From: Escherichia phage BUCT632 | Direction: 5' to 3' (one strand) | Sequence record: PQ488502.1 | Length of the DNA stretch: 64,000 bases | Position numbers and translations under genes: made by a program | In this document: piece by piece, positions 10,857 through 20,690 of the stretch | Layout of the letters: every line of letters begins with the position of its first letter | How positions within the stretch are numbered: position 1 is the stretch's first letter | Notes under the pieces: generated by a model | Told to the model about the DNA's origin: nothing | The model's database searches: none | The model's input: the letters and a program-made list of their open reading frames with translations, nothing else

Positions 10857-11131
10857 GAGATATAATCCTAAAATTCACGGATAAATCAGCGTATAAAGAT
10901 TTTCTCCTAGAAATAGAGTGGGATAGTAATGAAACTTTACAAAACCAAATAATGCTTGATGAAATTGGCTATACTTATACTGAAATCTCTCCGCTAGGAG
11001 ATGAGGAGCCTAGATGCATCCGTAATGAAGGATACTATGTTAACGTAAGGATTCTTGATGAATCCTTTACTTACGAATACTTTGAGCCTTTTATAGTTCA
11101 GTTGGAACAGCCTCTTAGAGAGTGGGCATAA
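10853..11131 (+). CDS. Hypothetical protein (92 aa) between the two fibre genes
   Basis: ORF with overlapping start (ATGA); acidic. Confidence 0.5.
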   Translation: MRDIILKFTDKSAYKDFLLEIEWDSNETLQNQIMLDEIGYTYTEISPLGDEEPRCIRNEGYYVNVRILDESFTYEYFEPFIVQLEQPLREWA

Positions 11132-11140
11132 GGTTTTATA

Positions 11141-12880
11141 ATGGTAACTAAAACAGTAATTCCTACGGATATTACAAAACTTAAAAATGAGTCTCTTAAC
11201 AAGAATAATAACTTAAGCGACTTAGCAGATCGCGCAGCTGCGTGGCTAAATGTTCGTCCTATTGGATCTACTCCCCTTGCGGGAGACCCCGTTAATGATT
11301 ATGATGCTGTAACTAAGCGTTGGGTGGAGAACAAAATTAATACTGGCACAGTAGGACCCACAATGAATGGTGTCATGAACTATGGTGTAGGTGATTTTCA
11401 CCTTCGCGATAGCCGTGCGTATATTCAACCTTACGAGGTAGTTTCTGATGGGCAGCTTCTTAACAGGGCTGACTGGCCGGAGCTTTGGGCTTACGCTCAA
11501 ATGGTGGGGGCTATAGAGGATTCTGAATGGCTGGCTGATAAATTTCAGCGCGGCAAATACTCTAAAGGGAATGGAACAACTACATTCCGCGTTCCAGATA
11601 AGAATGGTGTACAAGATGGGTCAATACGCGCTCTTTATGGTCGTGGGGATGGAGGAAATAGCGGTGCAAATGGCCAGCTATTTGAATCTGCTGCACCAAA
11701 TATTACAGGTTATTTTACCACTTATTCCCAGGGTAGTTACGCGCAGGCTATTGGCACATCTTATGGTGCATTCTTTTCTGATAATGCGATTTTTCCTAAT
11801 GGTGATGGGGATGCGATTCCAGGTACAGGAAATATTGCAATACCAGGCCGCTATAACACATGTAATTTCGACGCTTCACGCTCCAGTCCAATTTACGGGG
11901 CATCAACTGATGAGATTCTTACACGAAACTTTGTAGGTGTATGGGTAATCCGCGCATCAGGCGGGTTCGTTGCTGCGAATACGTCGTGGAGTGTTAAGAA
12001 TGCAGATAGTAGTACACCTCCACAGAATACCTCCGTTCGTGGTGGTGAAGTAGTATCGGAATACTCCAATCCAGCAGGTAAGCGGTTTGCTCGTCTATAC
12101 TCTGATATTATCTGGGGCTCCTCGGGGGCGGCGATTATTGAGGCTGAGGGCTCTGCTAAGCACTCCTATAAGTTTTACGAAGATGGTACAGTAGACTTCC
12201 GCCAGTCAGGGAAGATTAACACCTTTCATATGCACACTCCTATGGGTACATGGAATGGTATTACGGATGCAGGAGTGAACAACCTAAGTACCAACGGCAT
12301 GGATAGGATAGCCATTGCGAGCGGTTCCGACACACTCATTCGTGGTTATTCTATCGGTGGGTATCGCCCTAACGGATACCCCACCAAGGTTGGATACCAT
12401 ATGTATATTCCAGGCAATAATGCATTTGGTATAGGTTGCGTGGTAATCGGTGGAGATAACGGTAAATTCTGTCGATACTTCCTTGACATTGATGGTCAAA
12501 TATATGGTTCGACTGATTACGGGAACTTTAGTTATACAAAAAATGGTACTTCTGACTCACGTGTAAAACACGGCATCGCCCCTGTTGGAGTTGACAAATC
12601 ATACTCTAATATTAAAGGACTGGAATTTGTAGAGTTCATTTATGACAATGACGAACAAAATCGAGTTCGGCATGGCGTGATTGCACAGCAAGCAGAGGTT
12701 GTTGAGCCTTTGTATGTTAAGACGCGCAAATATGTTGGCAATAATCCAGGAGAGGTTGTGGAGCAGAAGGAGCTGGACACCACGCCGATGCTTCTGGATA
12801 CCATGCACGTTGTGCAGGTATTGATGCAGAGGATCGAAGCGATGGAAGCTGAGATTGCGGAATTAAAGGCAAGTAAGTAA
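11141..12880 (+). CDS. Tail fibre protein with phage tail-collar-like domain and C-terminal intramolecular chaperone (peptidase S74-like) domain
   Basis: LLNRADWPELWAYAQ motif typical of tail fibre collar domains; C-terminal ...GVIAQQAEVVEPLYV...EAMEAEIAELK resembles the autoproteolytic chaperone of T5 pb1 and endosialidases. Confidence 0.7.
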   Translation: MVTKTVIPTDITKLKNESLNKNNNLSDLADRAAAWLNVRPIGSTPLAGDPVNDYDAVTKRWVENKINTGTVGPTMNGVMNYGVGDFHLRDSRAYIQPYEVVSDGQLLNRADWPELWAYAQMVGAIEDSEWLADKFQRGKYSKGNGTTTFRVPDKNGVQDGSIRALYGRGDGGNSGANGQLFESAAPNITGYFTTYSQGSYAQAIGTSYGAFFSDNAIFPNGDGDAIPGTGNIAIPGRYNTCNFDASRSSPIYGASTDEILTRNFVGVWVIRASGGFVAANTSWSVKNADSSTPPQNTSVRGGEVVSEYSNPAGKRFARLYSDIIWGSSGAAIIEAEGSAKHSYKFYEDGTVDFRQSGKINTFHMHTPMGTWNGITDAGVNNLSTNGMDRIAIASGSDTLIRGYSIGGYRPNGYPTKVGYHMYIPGNNAFGIGCVVIGGDNGKFCRYFLDIDGQIYGSTDYGNFSYTKNGTSDSRVKHGIAPVGVDKSYSNIKGLEFVEFIYDNDEQNRVRHGVIAQQAEVVEPLYVKTRKYVGNNPGEVVEQKELDTTPMLLDTMHVVQVLMQRIEAMEAEIAELKASK

Positions 12881-12886
12881 ATAAAA

Positions 12887-12916
12887 ACCCCAATGGATTT
12901 TGTCCATTGGGGTTTT
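12887..12916. terminator. Bidirectional terminator hairpin between convergent tail fibre and dut genes
   Basis: CCCCAATGGA-TTTT-GTCCATTGGGG flanked by A-run and T-run. Confidence 0.75.
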
Positions 12917-12935
12917 TATTTATTTGATATGTAAA

Positions 12936-13382
12936 TTATTTACTTCCTGAGCTTCCAAATCCGCCTTCTCCACGATCGGTCTTTCCTAATTCGTCAACGA
13001 TTTCAAAGTTATGAGTTGAGTAGTGTGGTACTACTACTAGTTGACAAAGTCTTTCAAAATTTTCCAAAGTTTGAATTTCAGAACCGTAATTGAATAGGTT
13101 CATCTTAATAGTTCCACGGTAGTCTGAATCGATCACTCCTGCGGTATTTGCAATCATCAAATGACGTTTACCTAAAGAACTGCGAGGAACTACCAAACCG
13201 AACCAACCTCGCGGAATTTCCACCGCGACACCGGTGTCAATCATCAAGGATTTGCCTGGTGCAATAGCACGTAAATCTGCAGCAGGGTTAGTACCAAAGA
13301 ATGCTCGCAGATCCATACCTGCGGCATCTTCGGAACCAATCTTAGGCATACAATCTGGATGAGTTAATTTAATTTTAATCAT
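12936..13382 (-). CDS. dut: dUTP diphosphatase
   Basis: 148 aa; dUTPase motifs (AGxDL, GVIDSDYRG, C-terminal RGEGGFGSSG). Confidence 0.9.
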   Translation of the reverse strand: MIKIKLTHPDCMPKIGSEDAAGMDLRAFFGTNPAADLRAIAPGKSLMIDTGVAVEIPRGWFGLVVPRSSLGKRHLMIANTAGVIDSDYRGTIKMNLFNYGSEIQTLENFERLCQLVVVPHYSTHNFEIVDELGKTDRGEGGFGSSGSK

Positions 13383-14254
13383 TGTTCTGCGATCTCCAAA
13401 ATATCTTTTGTAAACTTATCTAATACATCTTGACCTACAGCAGCAATAGCATCCACACAGTAGGTAGGTAAATCAACCAGAATTAGGTTTCGATAAAGCA
13501 ATTCTTCCGAAGCATTTAAATTCTGTATATATTTCTGTTTTCCAGGCAATGGAAGCTGATCAATAATATCCAAAACGTTACCAAATTCACGAATAATATT
13601 ATACCCGCGTTTTGCCCCAATACCTTCAACACCTCGGATATTATCCCCTAAATCACCCATAATTGCTTTCAGAGAGATAAACTGCTCTACATCGTCAACA
13701 TTATGGTGCTCATACATATCACGAAGATGATATTCACGACGTGTTGTGAAAGAAAAGCGAGAAACTTTATCAGTTAATAAAGTATCCCAGTCACCGTCAG
13801 TAGAAATCAACCAAACGTGGTCATATAGATGCCCGATGAGCTTAACAATATAAGCTGCCATGTCGTCTGCTTCTACACCACGAATAGTGAAAGTTGGGAA
13901 TGTAGTTTCACATAACTCGAAAGCATCCCTCAGATATTCGAAGAATTGCTCATCTAACGCTTTCTCCTCTTCCGTACGCTGCGAGTATTTCTCATCTCGA
14001 TTACCCTTATACTCAGGTAAATGCTCTAAGCGGAATGCAGACTTCCCTTTATCTCCTAAAACTATTGTAGTTCTAGCAGAATAAGATTTTGCAAGAGATT
14101 GAATAGTGGAAACATAACTTGAGGCAAATGGTTTTTTACTATTGTTATGCTTGAAGCGAAAGCCTAAGTTAGTTCCATCGACAATCATTAGGTTACGACG
14201 GGAAGCCATTTCAGCTTCCTCTTCTTCAATAAATTTTCCCCAGGATTTACTCAT
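13379..14254 (-). CDS. 5'-3' flap endonuclease (T5 D15-like)
   Basis: 291 aa, same size as T5 exonuclease; N-terminal ...LMIVDGTNLGFRF... and H3TH-like region. Confidence 0.85.
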   Translation of the reverse strand: MSKSWGKFIEEEEAEMASRRNLMIVDGTNLGFRFKHNNSKKPFASSYVSTIQSLAKSYSARTTIVLGDKGKSAFRLEHLPEYKGNRDEKYSQRTEEEKALDEQFFEYLRDAFELCETTFPTFTIRGVEADDMAAYIVKLIGHLYDHVWLISTDGDWDTLLTDKVSRFSFTTRREYHLRDMYEHHNVDDVEQFISLKAIMGDLGDNIRGVEGIGAKRGYNIIREFGNVLDIIDQLPLPGKQKYIQNLNASEELLYRNLILVDLPTYCVDAIAAVGQDVLDKFTKDILEIAEQ

Positions 14255-14736
14255 TATTTAATTAAGTCCTCAACAGATGCATGATGTAGCCATGGCTCAA
14301 ATAAACCAATTACGATTTCCATGTCTTTCTTATTTAACACCATATGGGTACGACTCATTAAGTTGTCAACCATCGGGTCTGAGCTATCCAAAGCTATTAA
14401 CCACTGTCCTCTGTCTTTTTTGAATATTAATGCAGGTTTGGAGTTCATCTGCTCACCTTCACGTGAGCACTGCTGCCACCACTTCTCTAGAGTGGATTCA
14501 CCAACATTAAATAAATTACTTGATATATTATCATCTTTATACCACTTAACTTCGAAGCAGTATTTACTAATGTGTCCGCTTTGTGGTGGAAGGTAGATGT
14601 CACCCTTCAGTCCGTGGCTCTGGCCAAAAGCACCAGAGCCCGGAACACGTTCCCACTCAAGACCTGTACGATCACGTAGAATATCTCTTACCTGATATTC
14701 ACCACGTTTACCTTTTTCTCTACTATCTACGGCCAT
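14254..14736 (-). CDS. D14-like protein, function unknown
   Basis: 160-aa ORF in the conserved D15-D14-D13-D12 order. Confidence 0.5.
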   Translation of the reverse strand: MAVDSREKGKRGEYQVRDILRDRTGLEWERVPGSGAFGQSHGLKGDIYLPPQSGHISKYCFEVKWYKDDNISSNLFNVGESTLEKWWQQCSREGEQMNSKPALIFKKDRGQWLIALDSSDPMVDNLMSRTHMVLNKKDMEIVIGLFEPWLHHASVEDLIK

Positions 14737-14739
14737 GTT

Positions 14740-16578
14740 TTATTCTAAGTAGGAAAATCCTTCTGCATCTTTTTTGACAGTAATCTTATGAGCTAATGGA
14801 TGCGTATGCCCATGAGAAACAATGATAGAATTTAGACTTTCTTCCTCATTTAATAGTTCAACAAGGGTGTCAAGTCCTTTAGTATCAATAAAGCTAATTA
14901 CTTCATCAAGGAATAGAAGATTAATATTAACTTTACTAATAGATGTTAGTAGCATTCGAATAGCTAACAGAGTTGCTAGGTTGATTCGACTTTGCTGACC
15001 GGTAGAGCAGTTCTCCATACTAGTACGGTTTCCATCATTGAAGATTACTACTTGTAATTTTGTTTCATCAAGCTCAAATCCAAGTGCGAACTTACCACCA
15101 GTCATAATAGAAAGGTATTTATTAATTAATTCTTCAAATACTTTCACACTATGCTCTAGTTTATACCCAACCAGATTTTTCAATGCGGCGATCAGAATAT
15201 CTAGATCAGCAACAGCTTCTGATACTCCATCCAGTTTGGAAGTAATCTCAGACATTTCTGCCTCAGCTTTCTCAATCTGTTCTAGTTTCGCTTTATATTT
15301 TGCATTGGCTAATTCAACATTTGCATTATGCTCTTTGGCAATTGCAACCTTAGAACGTCCATCAGCGATTTCCTGTTCTAATTGTCGGATTTGCACCTGT
15401 AGGATTTGCACATTGAGTTCTTCAAAAGAAGCATCACTCATTGAGTTTTTGAACTCGTCTCTAGCTGCTACTGCCTTATCCAAAGCATCCTTTGCTCTAA
15501 TATACGTAGTGTACTCAAGTTGTTCTTTCTTCAACTGTTCTAGCTTAGCTTCAAGAGATTGCTTCTCTTTGAACAGGGGATCATATTCTGTTCTAGCCAT
15601 ATCCATTGCTTTTTGAGCAGCAGTTGTATCTAGATGAGTACCACAGGTAGGGCATTCAGTATTTGAAGCCTCTTGCTTGAACTTCTGATAACGTTTCTTA
15701 ACTTCGCCCGCACGTGAGGTCACAATCGTTAGGTCACGCGTAACACTTGAGATCTCTTCGTTTTGGTCAGTGGGCGCAGGCAAATTTTTGAAAGGCTCGA
15801 AAGATTGTTCGGCAACTTGTACAGCTTTGTCCAAATTACGCAATTTAGTAATATTAGCCTCTTGAGACTTGGCTAATGCCGCCTTAATTTTCGATTCAGT
15901 AAGTTCTTGTGCTAATGGCTCTTCATCAAACTCTGGTACTTCTACAGGTTCCTGCAAAGTTCCCAGATTATTCTTTCCATTAAGGATTTTCGTAATTACA
16001 GCCATTTGGCCCTGCAAATTATTTAAGGTATTTGCTATTTCTTTACGATCAGCCTTAATAGTTTCTGACATTTCTTTATACTGTTCTTGATTGAACAAGT
16101 TGACAAGAAAAGCCTTACGTGTTGCATCTGTTGCTTTTAGAAAGTCTAGATTGGAACCCACTGATTGATAAATTAGTTTGGTGAATGTTTGGAAGTCACC
16201 TCCCATAATCTCCTCAATCATCTTGTATGTTTGGGTTGCCGTGTGTCCACTAATATCTTCCCCATTCTTAATAAGGGTTACTTTAGCAGTTGATTTAACT
16301 ACTTTATGCAATTCATACTCATCTTCATCTTTTGAGAAGTAAGCGTGCATATCATACTCTTTTTTCGGAGAAGACCAAGAGAACAGAGCGTCCTTCTTAA
16401 TACCGCGTGAGTTCTTATTATAAAACAATTCCTCAATAACAGTAGCAATGGTGGATTTCCCTAGCCCATTGCCCCCAATTAGTTGGGTAACTGGATTCTT
16501 ATCGAAATGGATTACGATGTCCTTACCGTAAGACATAACGTTACTAAATTTTAGTGTCTTAATTGTAATCTTTGACAT
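14740..16578 (-). CDS. SbcC/Rad50-like recombination ATPase (D13-like)
   Basis: Walker A GNGLGKST, long coiled coil, C-terminal signature/Walker B region; start taken at MSKITIK after an RBS (ORF track extends to 16659). Confidence 0.8.
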   Translation of the reverse strand: MSKITIKTLKFSNVMSYGKDIVIHFDKNPVTQLIGGNGLGKSTIATVIEELFYNKNSRGIKKDALFSWSSPKKEYDMHAYFSKDEDEYELHKVVKSTAKVTLIKNGEDISGHTATQTYKMIEEIMGGDFQTFTKLIYQSVGSNLDFLKATDATRKAFLVNLFNQEQYKEMSETIKADRKEIANTLNNLQGQMAVITKILNGKNNLGTLQEPVEVPEFDEEPLAQELTESKIKAALAKSQEANITKLRNLDKAVQVAEQSFEPFKNLPAPTDQNEEISSVTRDLTIVTSRAGEVKKRYQKFKQEASNTECPTCGTHLDTTAAQKAMDMARTEYDPLFKEKQSLEAKLEQLKKEQLEYTTYIRAKDALDKAVAARDEFKNSMSDASFEELNVQILQVQIRQLEQEIADGRSKVAIAKEHNANVELANAKYKAKLEQIEKAEAEMSEITSKLDGVSEAVADLDILIAALKNLVGYKLEHSVKVFEELINKYLSIMTGGKFALGFELDETKLQVVIFNDGNRTSMENCSTGQQSRINLATLLAIRMLLTSISKVNINLLFLDEVISFIDTKGLDTLVELLNEEESLNSIIVSHGHTHPLAHKITVKKDAEGFSYLE

Positions 16579-17536
16579 ATTTCGCAGCTCTAGCCAAGAT
16601 TCTATCAATGTCGCCTTGAGATAGCTTCTCAACTTCACGGAAGTAAAGTTCAAGTTCACCTAACATATCAAGATCAACAAGATTTAACTTAGCGTCTTTA
16701 GTAACTCGATGGTTAATCTTCTTATCTAATAAATCAGAGTCTTTGATAGACTTTAATTGAACAACGTCACCAGTAACTTCATAAACTACACGATCATAAT
16801 CACTAGGTTCCATCTCTTCACCAACTCCGATTGTTTTACGAATCAGTTGTGGTAAATCACCTAGTTCAATCCATTCTACTTTTAATGTGTCGGTATCAAC
16901 GATAAAGCAACCGTTTGTACCTTTTGTGCGTTCTCTATGGAACGATGTAGTTAATGGAGACCCTGGGTAGAGGAGTCTGGTAGATCCGATAGTCTGGCTA
17001 TTAGTATAAGAGTGTAAATCGCCAGCAATTACAGTATCATAACAGTTGTACTTAGTTAGATCAATTTCTGGTTTTACATGTGGAGGGATTTCACCACGAA
17101 CATGCGTGAAACATAGTTTTGATTCAGATGGTTTCCACTTAGACTTATGGATTTCATCATACGGAACAATATCAAATTCAGGGGAACGATATGGTTTGGT
17201 AACTACCTCCCACTTCCCACTCGTTACTTTATTAATAACTCCTGCATAATGATATAGGCATGAAATGGTTTTCGTTAACATTTCATGATTTCCAGTAAAG
17301 ATTTTGCCTGGATGGTCAAGTCTTGACATGAACTGTTCAAGCAGTTCTATTTCTTCTGACGACGGGTCGGCAACATCAAGTATATCACCACCAGCAATAT
17401 GAAGATCACAGTTATGATTATGGAATATATCATTTAACCGTTCTCCTAGCATCAGGAAGCGACGCTTCTGCCATTCCTTTGGAATTTTATCTTGTCCTAG
17501 TTTGATATGATGATCAGCACTAAATAATATTCTCAT
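16559..17536 (-). CDS. SbcD/Mre11-like nuclease (D12-like)
   Basis: Calcineurin-like phosphoesterase motifs (DxH, GDxxD, GNHE); overlaps the SbcC start by 20 bp. Confidence 0.8.
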   Translation of the reverse strand: MRILFSADHHIKLGQDKIPKEWQKRRFLMLGERLNDIFHNHNCDLHIAGGDILDVADPSSEEIELLEQFMSRLDHPGKIFTGNHEMLTKTISCLYHYAGVINKVTSGKWEVVTKPYRSPEFDIVPYDEIHKSKWKPSESKLCFTHVRGEIPPHVKPEIDLTKYNCYDTVIAGDLHSYTNSQTIGSTRLLYPGSPLTTSFHRERTKGTNGCFIVDTDTLKVEWIELGDLPQLIRKTIGVGEEMEPSDYDRVVYEVTGDVVQLKSIKDSDLLDKKINHRVTKDAKLNLVDLDMLGELELYFREVEKLSQGDIDRILARAAKYVKDYN

Positions 17537-17540
17537 TGGT

Positions 17541-17570
17541 TAAAAAGAAAGGGGCCGAAGCCCCTCTATT
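17541..17570 (-). terminator. Terminator hairpin downstream of the D11-like gene
   Basis: AGGGGC-CGAA-GCCCCT with a T-run on the minus strand. Confidence 0.6.
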
Positions 17571-17572
17571 TA

Positions 17573-18346
17573 TTAGTCATCCAGATCGCTTGCAGCTTCT
17601 GTGTCAATACCTTTCTGGGAGCCTGCATTGCTATTACCAGATTTGGCATCATCATCTTTATTCTCACGACCCTCCATGAAGGCTAGAATTGCTTCTTTCT
17701 GCTCTTCATAGGTAGGAACCGGATAGGTTTGTTCCAGAGAAGGAACTTTTTCGAACTTAATGATGTCGCCATCTTCATCACACATAGCTTCACCGATCAG
17801 ATCGACATCCGCAGCATATTGCTTAGATTCTGCACTGTTAGGATCTTGCAGCTTAATCTGGAACTGCATAGCAGCAATCTGCTGTACGTCATACTCAGTG
17901 TCGAAACCTTTACCTTTTTTCTCGATAGAAATATCAATATCAAATGGGGTTGCCAGATTCAACTGCTTCATGATAGACTGGATGCCTTTCAGAATAGTAG
18001 CCTTGACTTCCATTACTTTCAGTTTGTTATCAGAACGGTCGATAACAAAAGCGATATAGTTTTTCTTCGGTTTCAGCGGAACACGATTACCATCTTTATC
18101 CAGCTCTTTCTCGAAGAAGCCCATCTCATGAACCGGATCAGCTTTACCGCGAACGAAGCTCTCTTTGTCACGATTAAAACGGAGACATTCGAAAGGAGCT
18201 ACGTTACCCTCTTTATTAGTCAGCCAATAGACATAACGTGGAAGAACACCAGAAACGATACGAACACGAGTGATACCGTTGTTGAACTTCAGGAATTCGA
18301 TTTTATCGTTAGAACCGCCAGTAGTTTCGCCCCAAGACTTAGCCAT
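17573..18346 (-). CDS. D11-like protein, function unknown
   Basis: 257-aa ORF with acidic C-terminus; conserved position beside SbcD. Confidence 0.5.
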   Translation of the reverse strand: MAKSWGETTGGSNDKIEFLKFNNGITRVRIVSGVLPRYVYWLTNKEGNVAPFECLRFNRDKESFVRGKADPVHEMGFFEKELDKDGNRVPLKPKKNYIAFVIDRSDNKLKVMEVKATILKGIQSIMKQLNLATPFDIDISIEKKGKGFDTEYDVQQIAAMQFQIKLQDPNSAESKQYAADVDLIGEAMCDEDGDIIKFEKVPSLEQTYPVPTYEEQKEAILAFMEGRENKDDDAKSGNSNAGSQKGIDTEAASDLDD

Positions 18347-18730
18347 ATTTTATTTCCTCTTTAAAGATTAATTTTGATTTGTTAATTGCGATTAGTGGGT
18401 TAGTGTCGATTACTAAACGTGGTATCCATACTGGGACATATTGTATGTCCAAACTAGGATCGTTTGTAAACTTGTATTCGGCATAATTTCGTAGACTTAA
18501 AATTCCTAGATATTCTGCCAGTTGTCTATTAGACAATTTATTTGGATTATCAACTATTGTTGATTCATTCAAAATGAATGAGGAACCGACCAATAATTGG
18601 TGAGCATCAGGCTCTGTAAGCATTCTTTTGAATAGCTTAACAATTAGGTCGGAATTTCCTCTAGCTAGTAAATATAGCTTTTCATAATCGAAGAATTTAA
18701 TTTTTGTTTTCTCCTCGAATTTATGTATAT

Positions 18731-18760
18731 ATTATACTAGATTTCGAGAGAATTTAGCAA
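18731..18760 (-). promoter_or_regulatory. Strong sigma70-type early promoter (TTGCTA-N18-TATAAT on minus strand)
   Basis: Reverse complement reads TTGCTAAATTCTCTCGAAATCTAGTATAAT; the 20-nt element AATTTATGTATATATTATAC recurs at 18811-18840. Confidence 0.65.
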
Positions 18761-18843
18761 CTAAAATTTTTATTTTTCTGCTTCGGACTTTCTTATCAAT
18801 CCGAAACTTTCTCTCTCAAATTTATGTATATATTATACATCAT

Positions 18844-20196
18844 TTATGAGCTGTTGCCAAATGCAATTTTAGCTAATTGAACTGCTTTCTCAGGAGTCAT
18901 GGTAATAGTTTTCCACCCGTTGTTACGATATACTGCCATACGTCCAGAAGCCTGTCTTAGTCCAGTGCCACCTTTCATAATTAGATCTACAACAATAGGG
19001 TCGAGTTTACCATCGACAATACGTTGAACACGTCCTGCAAGCTGTTCAATGAGAGATTCATTATTAATGAGACTCCCCATTATTAAACAAGATAGCTCAT
19101 TAAGGGAAATACCTTCAGAGAAGATACTTTGAGCTGCTGCAAGTACACAAGGCCCACCTTTTGCTATATTTTCCTGAATTTTTAATCGGTCATCCAAGTG
19201 GGTTGCCCCTATAATTTCATATGTTGTAACACCACGCTGTGCAAGAGCTTCTAGTACTGTTTGGATTAACTCTGTTCTGTCACTTACAATGAGTACTTTA
19301 TGTCCCATATTCACGTATAAATGTGCCAGGTTTATAATAGTCTCTCGATATTCAGGATGGTTATACACATCATTAGCACGTAATGCCCATGGCACATTCT
19401 GATTTCCTGATAACTCAACAGGTATGGAGTACCTATGGATTGTAGGTGCAACAGTATTATTAACCGGTGGGCTAAAAATCTTATATCCAAAGAAGTCTTT
19501 GAACATAACTTGTAGACCATCTTTACGTTTTAATGTTCCAGATAGCCCAATCTTATAGCGAGCACATGATATTTCTAGGAAGTTAGTGAAAGTTGTAGCC
19601 ACACAATGGTGAACTTCATCAACTATAACAGTACCGAATACTTTAGAAAGATTATTCGCATGTTTATTCACTGTTTGAATATTACTGACCACAATTGGTG
19701 GATCAATATTGTATTTCCCAGAACCTATGATACCCGGTTCAAACCCAAACCATTTACGAACTTCTGCCACCCACATTTCACGAATAGATGTATTCGTACA
19801 TATTACCAGAGTTTTCTGGCCAAATTTATATGCAAGTGCAAGAGCTAGTATAGTTTTGCCAAATCCGGGCTTACCATTAATAATACAGGTATCATCACAC
19901 TCTTCATATATTGGGAGCTGGTCTTCTTCACGCAGCTTGAACTTAGGTTTTGGTATATCTACCGGAGCTAATGTGCGTTTATCAACTAATTCGTATTTTA
20001 CTCCTTTAGCATCTAGTAAATCCAGACGCGTGATAGGAATCCACTTAATCTCTTTAGCAACAACACCACTATTCTTATACATAATAGGGTATTTACTAGT
20101 CATTGTCTCTATGTGATAAGTGGTTTGTTTACTACAGTAATCCCAAAGTTCATCATCGGGCTTGAAATAGGCTTTATTAGATATAACAACCTTCAT
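18844..20196 (-). CDS. SF2 DNA helicase (D10-like)
   Basis: 450 aa; Walker A GKPGFGKT, DEVHH box, helicase C-terminal motifs. Confidence 0.8.
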   Translation of the reverse strand: MKVVISNKAYFKPDDELWDYCSKQTTYHIETMTSKYPIMYKNSGVVAKEIKWIPITRLDLLDAKGVKYELVDKRTLAPVDIPKPKFKLREEDQLPIYEECDDTCIINGKPGFGKTILALALAYKFGQKTLVICTNTSIREMWVAEVRKWFGFEPGIIGSGKYNIDPPIVVSNIQTVNKHANNLSKVFGTVIVDEVHHCVATTFTNFLEISCARYKIGLSGTLKRKDGLQVMFKDFFGYKIFSPPVNNTVAPTIHRYSIPVELSGNQNVPWALRANDVYNHPEYRETIINLAHLYVNMGHKVLIVSDRTELIQTVLEALAQRGVTTYEIIGATHLDDRLKIQENIAKGGPCVLAAAQSIFSEGISLNELSCLIMGSLINNESLIEQLAGRVQRIVDGKLDPIVVDLIMKGGTGLRQASGRMAVYRNNGWKTITMTPEKAVQLAKIAFGNSS

Positions 20197-20690
20197 AATT
20201 TTATTCTAAGTCTAGGAATTTCAGGCTCCTCTTGATGGACTTGATAAATAACAGGGCTATTATTTACCAGAATATAGCTTATATAAGCTGGAACATAGGA
20301 TAATACAAATGGATATGGAACTTTAGCTACATAGCATTGGTATTTTCCGTTATAAATTCTAGCTGAATGCAAAACTTTAGAGGTGACAACATCATAGAAC
20401 GTAGTTTTCTTCCAGTTAATAAGATTTCCATCAGAATCTATAAATTGGCTACGCTTTGACCCAACTAATTGAGACAACATTGATATTCTACCTCTAATAG
20501 GATAGAGCTTGTATGGTAATTCTTTCCGTTTCTCAAATAGAATAAGCCTACGTTGAGAAAAAGTGCCAGGCAACTTCCTGTTATCTAGCACATATTTATT
20601 ATATCTTGTTGTAATTACGGAATAATCACCTTCTTGCTCAATTGATACAAACGCCCGTAAAGCATATACGGGCAATTTGAAATCAAGCAC
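20193..20690 (-). CDS. Hypothetical protein
   Basis: 165-aa ORF between the polymerase and helicase genes with overlapping starts and stops. Confidence 0.5.
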   Translation of the reverse strand: MLDFKLPVYALRAFVSIEQEGDYSVITTRYNKYVLDNRKLPGTFSQRRLILFEKRKELPYKLYPIRGRISMLSQLVGSKRSQFIDSDGNLINWKKTTFYDVVTSKVLHSARIYNGKYQCYVAKVPYPFVLSYVPAYISYILVNNSPVIYQVHQEEPEIPRLRIKL

